DNA of 32,000 nucleotides from Chlamydiota bacterium (GTDB lineage Bacteria; Auribacterota; JACPWU01): NCBI GenBank assembly GCA_016196885.1, contig JACPWU010000042.1, positions 1 to 32,000 of the forward strand, read 5' to 3'. Shown piece by piece: positions 1 to 6,896 of this stretch (position 1 is its first letter; each line of letters starts with the position of its first letter). The notes under the pieces were generated by a model. It saw only the letters and a program-made list of their open reading frames with translations, ran no database searches and was not told where the DNA came from. The position numbers and the translations under genes were made by a program.

Positions 1-42
1 CCTCCCCCAACCCCTCCTTACAAAGGAGGGGGGAATCTCAAT
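1..42. repeat. Partial copy (cut by window edge) of the C/G-tract hairpin repeat family
   Basis: cctcccccaacccctccttacaaaggagggggg contains the CCCCTCC(n7)GGAGGGG hairpin typical of the elements at 8625, 17218, 18320, 20370 and 25345. It lies just downstream of the 102-599 gene. Confidence 0.3.
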
Positions 43-101
43 ATGTCCGTTTATTTATGCGCGTCTATATATACTGTGGTGGAACCCCCTTATCCTCTTT
101 T

Positions 102-599
102 TTATGTCTTTCTTTTCTCATCTAAATACTTTTTCAAAAGATCCTTTCTCTGCTTGTTGCCTCCCTCTTTTATTGTGAATTCAAGCTCATCAGCGATAAC
201 TCCAAGCTCGCTCCTCGAAAACAATATGCGATATTCAAAGGCACCTATTTCAGGCAAATGGATTTCCTCATACATCCAATCATCCCCAATAACATTACCA
301 TCAAACTGCACTTCCTTAACTCCTTTGAACCTGAGAGTGAATTGCCCTATGGGCCCCCAACAACAACCACTACCGTCAATTTCAAGAACCAACTCACTGG
401 AATGAGGTCGTGAAACAGACTTTATGATACTGTCGTGGAGAGTGATTCCACTAAAAGATTGAACGCTCTGAGGCAATAATGATTTTATTGACAAGAGATG
501 CTTCTCATAAACATCACATAGAGCATTCCACTTTTGTCTCCTGTTTTCTTGATCTGATTTTCTATCTTTTTCCAGTAAATCTCTCTTAAAGAACTTCAT
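102..599 (-). CDS. Putative immunity protein of the orphan RHS tip cassette
   Basis: 165-aa ORF starting 34 nt downstream of the orphan toxin tip, with an AGAGG Shine-Dalgarno about 8 nt before the ATG. No catalytic motif recognised. The call rests on its position in the immunity slot of an RHS cassette. Confidence 0.5.
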   Translation of the reverse strand: MKFFKRDLLEKDRKSDQENRRQKWNALCDVYEKHLLSIKSLLPQSVQSFSGITLHDSIIKSVSRPHSSELVLEIDGSGCCWGPIGQFTLRFKGVKEVQFDGNVIGDDWMYEEIHLPEIGAFEYRILFSRSELGVIADELEFTIKEGGNKQRKDLLKKYLDEKRKT

Positions 600-633
600 T
601 TTATTACCTCTATCCTAACATTCATAACGTGCA

Positions 634-1125
634 TCAGAACGGATAAAATACGTGCCGACTTGGTTGGAGCTTCTTACCGAAAATGTCTACAGGATGAAAA
701 TGAGGCAACGCGCCAGGTCCTGCTGACTTATGGGGTTTATCCTCAATTGGCATACCTCCGCCTCCTGCATTCCAAGCAACATCACGTGCACTAAATCTGT
801 CAGGTGCTAAAATATCTAACCCTGTTCGCGAGGCTGAGATAGCCCCATCCCGATCTACTGCTCCAACAGATATTGGTGGACCATAATCGCCCAGCTCGAC
901 AATCCGATATATTTTTTCCCCTTCCTCCTCAGTCCTACTATCCTCTCCAACCTGTTCTTCACCCGGGTTTTTAACGGGAGTCTTTTCGTTCTCATACGGG
1001 TCTTCGAATATGTCCTGAAAAAAATCCCCAATGGGTTCGAAAATATGTTCTCCGATCCAGTCAAAGACACTCTCTCCCCTCGGATCCGTCCTATTCCACA
1101 ATTTAACTTCAATTTGGACAAACAA
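634..1125 (-). CDS. Orphan RHS C-terminal toxin tip (no YD core), probably silent
   Basis: Residues WNRTDPRGESVFDWIGEHIFEPIGDFFQDIFEDPYENEKTPVKNPGE are identical to the start of the main tip (2025-2537), then the sequence diverges into an unrelated ~95-aa domain. The only in-frame start is TTG at 1125, with no SD, as expected for a displaced orphan module. Confidence 0.55.
   Translation of the reverse strand: MFVQIEVKLWNRTDPRGESVFDWIGEHIFEPIGDFFQDIFEDPYENEKTPVKNPGEEQVGEDSRTEEEGEKIYRIVELGDYGPPISVGAVDRDGAISASRTGLDILAPDRFSARDVAWNAGGGGMPIEDKPHKSAGPGALPHFHPVDIFGKKLQPSRHVFYPF
959..1100. repeat. 142-nt perfect direct repeat, copy 1 (partner 2395-2536)
   Basis: Base-by-base comparison shows identity over 142 nt. 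It encodes the conserved core-end/linker segment of the RHS tips. Confidence 0.9.
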
Positions 1126-1205
1126 AAATTAAATGCCAGAATTATCAAGAAACAAACCAAAGAAACTTGAATGCCCCCTAGAGTAAATAAAAAATAAGGT
1201 ATTGT

Positions 1206-1237
1206 AATACTAACTCGATCTCCTGATGAAGCTGTTC
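1206..1237. repeat. 32-nt relic identical to the 3' end of the immunity gene (partner 1357-1388)
   Basis: aatactaactcgatctcctgatgaagctgttc occurs inside the 1308-1964 gene (codons EQLHQEIELVL) and again in the non-coding gap between that gene and the orphan tip. Confidence 0.8.
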
Positions 1238-1307
1238 TGATGCAACCCCCTATATTTTGGACCAATTATAACAGGGGGCTAGCGGGATTTTTTCAGTCTC
1301 GCATTTT

Positions 1308-1964
1308 CTACACAACTTTCCCTTGTTCTTTTTCGTTCTTACAAATAAAATTTGATAATACTAACTCGATCTCCTGATGAAGCTGTTCCTTAACAAGCGT
1401 ATCTTTCCTTAGCCAGCCATCAATAAGACTAAATAGCATTTTGTCTTCCATCTCTTCCTGTAGTTGAATATGTTGTTTCTCTAAAATGAAACCAATTCCA
1501 TTTCTAGCTCCATATTCGTGTCCCCTAGAACATCTGAGTCCTTGCGTCCAACTATTTTCATGATCAAAATTTCGTAAACCATCAGCACAAATAGGACAAT
1601 ATTGAAAAATTGAATAATCATAGGATATATGAAGACCTTCCACGGAAATATCGTGAATTCTTCTCAAAATTGTAGCAAGCTGATTGTTGAGTTTTGAGCG
1701 ATACTGAATTTGTCCTAACCATCTTTTGATTATTTCCAAATCGTTCCTATTTTTATTAGGTGGAGCTTCAATGAGTGAAGATTTTGCTGTTTCAACACTC
1801 AAAGGCGCCTTTAATTCTACAAAAAAACGATGTTGCTTCTCGCAAATCAATCCCTGTAAAAAAGGATCCATCAAAAAAATACGTCGCAGCTCCAGCCTAC
1901 AAGTAGGGCAATGGAGAAGATCTAGAGACCTAAGTTCGATCTTATATTCATAAACTTTTTCCAT
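1308..1964 (-). CDS. Putative immunity protein with two CPxC...C-x3-H zinc-ribbon modules
   Basis: ORF immediately downstream of the toxin tip (stop at 2025). ATG at 1964 gives MEKVYEYK...; the track ORF extends to a GTG at 2000. Internal duplication: HCPTCRLEL...GLICEKQH and YCPICADGL...GLRCSRGH. Confidence 0.55.
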   Translation of the reverse strand: MEKVYEYKIELRSLDLLHCPTCRLELRRIFLMDPFLQGLICEKQHRFFVELKAPLSVETAKSSLIEAPPNKNRNDLEIIKRWLGQIQYRSKLNNQLATILRRIHDISVEGLHISYDYSIFQYCPICADGLRNFDHENSWTQGLRCSRGHEYGARNGIGFILEKQHIQLQEEMEDKMLFSLIDGWLRKDTLVKEQLHQEIELVLSNFICKNEKEQGKVV

Positions 1965-2024
1965 AACACCACGAGCCTTTTTTAGAACGAATAAAAACAC
2001 ACCATGATAAACACCTTCTTATCA

Positions 2025-2537
2025 CTATATGTTAAACGGCCCCTCAACTGAACCAGGAGGGGTTCCCGCAGGAAATCTAACTTCCCATCCACCCCCATTC
2101 CTCTTAGGATTACGTGTTTTTTGAACAATGCTTGGTCCAAGAATCGGAGCCTCTTCTGGATCGATAGAAACAATATAATATGCATCCGGTGGCATGGGAT
2201 CAGGTAAAGCAAGCCTGTCTTGAATAACCAGAGGATCATAATAAAATTCTCCTGGTCCTTGTGGGGAAGCATAACCTCCCGGCCATATACCTCCGGCAAA
2301 AGAAAGAGATTCACTTCTAAAACCATAATGATAAAAAACTAAGAATTCCTCCTGTTCCTGAGTTTTAGTTTGAGTTTGACTCCCCTCTCTTACCTCACCC
2401 GGGTTTTTAACGGGAGTCTTTTCGTTCTCATACGGGTCTTCGAATATGTCCTGAAAAAAATCCCCAATGGGTTCGAAAATATGTTCTCCGATCCAGTCAA
2501 AGACACTCTCTCCCCTCGGATCCGTCCTATTCCACAT
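2025..2537 (-). CDS. RHS toxin tip (170 aa), out of frame with the RHS core
   Basis: Starts MWNRTDPRGE, which is the DPxG half of the RHS core-end motif. A conserved acidic linker follows, then a ~105-aa C-terminal domain of unrecognised family. Its frame differs by one nt from the 2390-6829 ORF, and there is no SD before the ATG. Confidence 0.65.
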   Translation of the reverse strand: MWNRTDPRGESVFDWIGEHIFEPIGDFFQDIFEDPYENEKTPVKNPGEVREGSQTQTKTQEQEEFLVFYHYGFRSESLSFAGGIWPGGYASPQGPGEFYYDPLVIQDRLALPDPMPPDAYYIVSIDPEEAPILGPSIVQKTRNPKRNGGGWEVRFPAGTPPGSVEGPFNI

Positions 2538-5500
2538 GCAGGGTCGTAGGTTCGGGCTCTATAGTAGTAGAGCCCCGTTTCAGAGTCATATTCCCTTCCT
2601 GTGAAAGAGTAGGGATTGTTGTAACTTGATTTGGTGATGACAGTCCCTGAGCTATTGTAGACGGTGGGTTTTCCGTAGATGTCGTAGCGATAGGATTCTA
2701 TTTTGCTTCCACTAGAGTTGGTGAGCTCTGAGATGGAGCCCAGGCCGTCTGTGGTGTAGTAATAACGTATGCTCCCGCTTTTAAGCACAAGGGGCTCGTC
2801 TATTCCTACCCCATAGATGAATTTTCTCTGGACTGTTCCTGCACTGTTCCTAACTTCAATGAGCTGATCCCCATCCCAACTGAATTTTGTGGTGGTAGCG
2901 CCTACGGTTTTGGTGATTCTTCGCCCGAGAGGATCATAGGTGGCTGATACAGCGCTTTTGCCTGTTTGAGTGATTTTGGTGAGTTGGTTCAGTTTGTTGT
3001 GGGTGTAGGTGGTGGTGTTTGTTCCTGTGACTTTTTTGTTGAGGTTGGCCCTGGTGTCCCAGGTGTAGGTGGTTGTAGTAGAGCCTGTGAGTGAACTTGT
3101 GATTTGGTTTAAGTTGTTGAGGGTGTAACTCGTGTTGGCGCTTCCTTGTGTAAGCAAGGTTCTATTCTGGACCGCGTCGTAGGTGTAATCTTGCTGGATT
3201 CCACTCGAGTATTTCGCTTGGGTTATTTCACTGATGGCATCGTAGCTATAGTTGTGGGTTCCCGTGAGATCCGTTTGAGTAAGACGGTTGCTGAGGTTGT
3301 CATAGGTGTAATTGTAACTTGAGAGGGGGGTGGCGCTCTTTTGGGTGATAAGGCTTGTAAGCTCGTTTGCACTGTCGTAGCCATAGGTGCTTGTGACTGA
3401 GTTGCCTAATTTTTTTGCCGTTCTTCGATGGCTAGCGTCATAGGTGTAGGTGGCCAGAGTTGTAGAACCTTCTTTAATTTGAGTCAGAAGGTTGTCTTCG
3501 TTATAGGTGTAGTTGATGAGGGTGTTGTCAGGATAGGTGAGCAGGGTTCTTCTCCCAAGGGCGTCATAGCTGTATTTGATGATGCGGCCCGCGCTGTCTG
3601 TCGTTTGGGTGATTCGGTTGAGGGTGTCGTAGCTGTAGGTCCAGGTGGAAGTTCCATTTCTTTGGATTTGCATGGTGTTGCCATTGGCGTCGTAGCTGTA
3701 GACGTCTGTGGTTCCGTCTGAGGTGGTCCTTTGGGTCATTTCGTTTCGGCTGTTATAGGTGTAGGAAATCGTGCTTGCATCTCTGAGTTTTTTCTGGATG
3801 ACGTTCGAGTCCACGTCGTAGGTGAGGGTTTCAGTTTTGCCATTGGCATAGGTGGTGGTGATAAGGCGATTGATGCTGTCAAAACTATAGGTCGTGATGT
3901 TGCCTTTGGAGTCTGTGATTTGGGTAGGATTTCCATTTTTATCATATTGGTATTGAGAGACATTCCCCAGCGCGTCTTCTTTTTGTTTAATTCTTCCTAT
4001 TTTGTCAAGCGTGTGATCAGTGATTCCCCCTTGAGGATCTTGGGTTTGGATCATGTCAACGGCTCCGGTGAGCATGAAGCGGTCAGTGTTGTAGGTGTAA
4101 GTGGTGATTCTGCCTAAGGGATCGGTGATGTTTTGGGGTTTGTCGTAGGTGTTGTATTCTATCGTGGTGATATTTCCCAGGGGGTCGGTGATTTCTGTTT
4201 TGTTGTCGTTGGCGTCATAGTTTGCGTTCGTGACATGTCCCAGGGGATCAGTGATAGAAATGAGGTTAGAGTTTTCATCATATTGATAGCTTGTTATTTT
4301 TCCCAGGGCATTTTTTTCTTGGATGAGTCGCCCTGCTGGGTCGTAGTCGTAGTCTGTGATATTGCCTTGGGCGTCTGTGACAGTGTTAAGATTCCCATAA
4401 CTATCATAGCTGTAGGTAGTGGTGTTGCCTCGCTTGTCGGTGAATGTGGCAATTTGTCCTTGATTGTTATACGTCATGGTTTGGGTGTAGCCGAGGGGGT
4501 CGGTGGCCTGAATCAGGTTTCCCTCGCTATCGTAGGTTAGAGTGCTGGTGTTGCCTCGTCTGTCGGTGGCGCTTGTAGGGAGTGAGTAAGTACTTTCATA
4601 ACTGGCGGTGGCGGTGTTTCCCAGCGCATCGGTTTGGCTGATGCGGTTTCCTGACGGGTCGTAGCTCGCCTGGGTGATGTTGCCTTTCGGGTCTGTATGG
4701 CTTAGGAGGTTGTAGTCCATGTCCCAGTTGTAGAGCTTTTCATTTCCTTCGGCATCGATCTGGCTGATGAGTTTAGAGGCCCAGTCAAATTCGTAGGTCC
4801 AGACCCCACCTCCGGCGTCCGTAACTTGGGTCACTTCCCACAAGTAGTCAAATGTTGTTATTCTTCCTTCAGGGTCAGTTTGGAAAAGGGTTCGATTGTT
4901 GTAGCTGTATTGGTATTGATAGAGATGGGCGTTTCGGTCTCTGTACTGATTCATGCGATAATGTTCGTCGTAACTGTAGCTACGTGTATTCCCTCTTGCG
5001 TCTATGGAGCTTTCCAGTTGGCCATTGGCGTTGTAGTGATAGCTTGTGGTTCTTCCTATGGGGTCTACCGCCTGAAGGCAGTGGGCGTTTTCGTCGTAGC
5101 TCAGGGTGAGGGTTCTTCCCTTTTCTTCTGTGATTTGGCTGATTCTTTCTTTGCCTGCGATGGATGTGTAGGCGAATGTAAGTGTGTTAGAGTGTCGGTC
5201 TTGGAGGGAGTTCAATCTGCCAGCGTTATCGAATTGGGTGAGGATTCCATCCTTTTCTCTTAAGGTGTATCCTGAATCTGTCTGGGTGAGTGTCTCATAG
5301 CTTCCATCGGGTGAAAGCCAGGTTGAGGTTAAACTATCCCATACATATTTATCCCTTCTGTCATTGCCTTGTCTTATCCAGATGTCTCCATTCTCTCTAA
5401 AGATGAGATTGACTTCGATGCTGGCACGCCAGTTTCTTCCAAACATTCCGTCGTTGTCGTCTTCGTTAAAGTTCCAGGTTTGAGTTTGGTCTGTGTCTAA

Positions 5501-6829
5501 GTCTCTGATGGTGATGTCATCATAATGGGCATGGCAATAATAGCTTTCCAGGACAACATGTCCAACGCCAGAGATGGGGTCTTGGTCTGTGTAGTCTATT
5601 TCAAGGTTTCCATCTACCCAAATTTTGATCTTGGCCCCTTTGGCTTCGATTTGAATAGAATGAGAATTTAAGGGGCTGTAGCTTGAGGCCTTTGAGACAA
5701 GGAAACTCTGCACTCCGCCTTTAAATTTGGTGAGTTCTAAGATACCTGTGGTTTTCATGAGAAAGTAGTAGCGATTTTGTTCATCAACGTATCGAACATT
5801 CACCCAGGCGACGTGATAGTCTTTGGCCCAAGTTCCGATGGTTTGCATTTTAAGGCTGACGCTCACGTTTTCCCATTGATTGTCCGCCAGACTTCGATCC
5901 CCTGCTCCCGCATACCAGCCGTTTTCGACCGACCAGCTTCCTGTTCCGTCATCAGGGGTCCAGCCTTCGATGTCTGAGAAGATTTGAGTGTGGTAAGTTC
6001 GTTCCAAGACGAGGTCTGGGCCTACGGCCTCGATTCCAATATCTTTGGCGCCCATGACAAGGTCGCCGTTAGAGAGTTCCACAGGTTCTCCGGTCTTGGT
6101 TCCCCCCTTCTGCTCCCCTCCATCACAATACGAGTTCGCACAGGTTTCTCCGCCCCAGATGGTGTTCATGCGAGACTCGGGGAGAAATTCAATGACACCG
6201 CTTCGGATAAAAGATGTCCACAGTCGACAGTCCATTGTCCACAGAAAAACAAAATCTTTCTTTTTTATGCTGTCGACCATTGACTGTTGACTGTCGACTG
6301 TTTTTATAACAAGCGCTTCCCCTTTCCACATTTTTTCAAAAATCTTTCGCGGGATTTTCCAGTTCTTGGCACTCACGGCAGGATTAAATCCTTTGACCCA
6401 TTTCTCATCTACTTCTTTGATCCATACATAATGCTTGTTGCCACCGACATGGCCGATCACAAAATAGCCCTGATTCAAAATCTCTTCCAAATTTTCTGTG
6501 TTTGATTTAATCCCAAGGGCCAAGAGTCCCAGAGATTGTGCACCGTTACGAAGGCCGGAAAGGGAGGTTTGGCCTTTTGTGGTATCAGTGATTTTAATGA
6601 GTTCTTCTAAAGATATATTCTGTTCCATGGTACCTAGAATCTCTTTCAAAACCTTAGGCCCGCAATCTCCTCCCAACTCAAGAGAAGGGACGACGACTTT
6701 CTTACGATATGGGTTCGACAAAGAAGGTGAATGAATTAAAGGAACAGAATTTTCAAGTGCTTCAATCGGAAATGTAGACAAAAGGAAAAAAATAAGGGTG
6801 ACAACACGGATGATGGATTTGATGATCAT
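2390..6829 (-). CDS. RHS/YD-repeat polymorphic toxin core with N-terminal signal peptide, C39-like peptidase domain and LamG-like domain
   Basis: 1479-aa ORF with these parts:
- hydrophobic N-terminus MIIKSIIRVVTLIFFLLSTFPIEA;
- C39-like pattern GGDCGP...GQTSLSGLRNGAQSLGL...KHYVWI...MWKGEALVI (about nt 6688-6302);
- jelly-roll/LamG-like segment (about nt 5968-5498);
- dozens of YD repeats (YxYDxxGN);
- core end YYYRARTYDPA at 2539.
The last 48 codons (2536-2393) are an out-of-frame reading of the tip linker. Confidence 0.9.
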   Translation of the reverse strand: MIIKSIIRVVTLIFFLLSTFPIEALENSVPLIHSPSLSNPYRKKVVVPSLELGGDCGPKVLKEILGTMEQNISLEELIKITDTTKGQTSLSGLRNGAQSLGLLALGIKSNTENLEEILNQGYFVIGHVGGNKHYVWIKEVDEKWVKGFNPAVSAKNWKIPRKIFEKMWKGEALVIKTVDSQQSMVDSIKKKDFVFLWTMDCRLWTSFIRSGVIEFLPESRMNTIWGGETCANSYCDGGEQKGGTKTGEPVELSNGDLVMGAKDIGIEAVGPDLVLERTYHTQIFSDIEGWTPDDGTGSWSVENGWYAGAGDRSLADNQWENVSVSLKMQTIGTWAKDYHVAWVNVRYVDEQNRYYFLMKTTGILELTKFKGGVQSFLVSKASSYSPLNSHSIQIEAKGAKIKIWVDGNLEIDYTDQDPISGVGHVVLESYYCHAHYDDITIRDLDTDQTQTWNFNEDDNDGMFGRNWRASIEVNLIFRENGDIWIRQGNDRRDKYVWDSLTSTWLSPDGSYETLTQTDSGYTLREKDGILTQFDNAGRLNSLQDRHSNTLTFAYTSIAGKERISQITEEKGRTLTLSYDENAHCLQAVDPIGRTTSYHYNANGQLESSIDARGNTRSYSYDEHYRMNQYRDRNAHLYQYQYSYNNRTLFQTDPEGRITTFDYLWEVTQVTDAGGGVWTYEFDWASKLISQIDAEGNEKLYNWDMDYNLLSHTDPKGNITQASYDPSGNRISQTDALGNTATASYESTYSLPTSATDRRGNTSTLTYDSEGNLIQATDPLGYTQTMTYNNQGQIATFTDKRGNTTTYSYDSYGNLNTVTDAQGNITDYDYDPAGRLIQEKNALGKITSYQYDENSNLISITDPLGHVTNANYDANDNKTEITDPLGNITTIEYNTYDKPQNITDPLGRITTYTYNTDRFMLTGAVDMIQTQDPQGGITDHTLDKIGRIKQKEDALGNVSQYQYDKNGNPTQITDSKGNITTYSFDSINRLITTTYANGKTETLTYDVDSNVIQKKLRDASTISYTYNSRNEMTQRTTSDGTTDVYSYDANGNTMQIQRNGTSTWTYSYDTLNRITQTTDSAGRIIKYSYDALGRRTLLTYPDNTLINYTYNEDNLLTQIKEGSTTLATYTYDASHRRTAKKLGNSVTSTYGYDSANELTSLITQKSATPLSSYNYTYDNLSNRLTQTDLTGTHNYSYDAISEITQAKYSSGIQQDYTYDAVQNRTLLTQGSANTSYTLNNLNQITSSLTGSTTTTYTWDTRANLNKKVTGTNTTTYTHNKLNQLTKITQTGKSAVSATYDPLGRRITKTVGATTTKFSWDGDQLIEVRNSAGTVQRKFIYGVGIDEPLVLKSGSIRYYYTTDGLGSISELTNSSGSKIESYRYDIYGKPTVYNSSGTVITKSSYNNPYSFTGREYDSETGLYYYRARTYDPACGIGRIRGERVSLTGSENIFSNPLGIFFRTYSKTRMRTKRLPLKTRVR
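2395..2536. repeat. 142-nt perfect direct repeat, copy 2 (partner 959-1100)
   Basis: Identical to 959-1100. It begins exactly at the core/tip junction of the main RHS gene. Confidence 0.9.
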
Positions 6830-6896
6830 AAATACTGCACTTCTGAACGCCGGCTTTTAAAAAACAGATCCAACGCTATCGCTCAGGATGACAACT

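Noticed and set aside
855-1265. 136-aa minus-strand ORF overlapping the orphan tip and the relic region.
   Set aside because: It is the out-of-frame reading of the 142-nt repeat (the same CGIGRIRGERVSL... string as the junk tail of the RHS ORF) joined to intergenic sequence. The in-frame tip reading is conserved between the two copies, and this one is not meaningful.
1726-2326. ORFs 1726-1953 (+) and 1982-2326 (-) overlapping the immunity gene and toxin tip.
   Set aside because: They are alternative-frame or antisense shadows of better-supported genes, with low-complexity products and no translation signals.
2530-2545. Programmed -1 ribosomal frameshift joining the RHS core to its tip.
   Set aside because: There is no slippery X_XXY_YYZ heptamer and no obvious downstream stimulatory structure at the junction (CCT GCA TGT). 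An indel created by recombination or by sequencing/assembly is more parsimonious. It is kept as an open question in the findings.
3428-6734. About a dozen plus-strand ORFs of 66-145 aa antisense to the RHS gene (e.g. 3428-3721, 3731-4117, 4133-4540, 4826-5263, 5984-6283).
   Set aside because: All lie inside the strongly supported minus-strand YD-repeat gene. Their Gly/Val-rich products are the mirror image of YD-repeat codons (few antisense stops) and they have no SD sequences.
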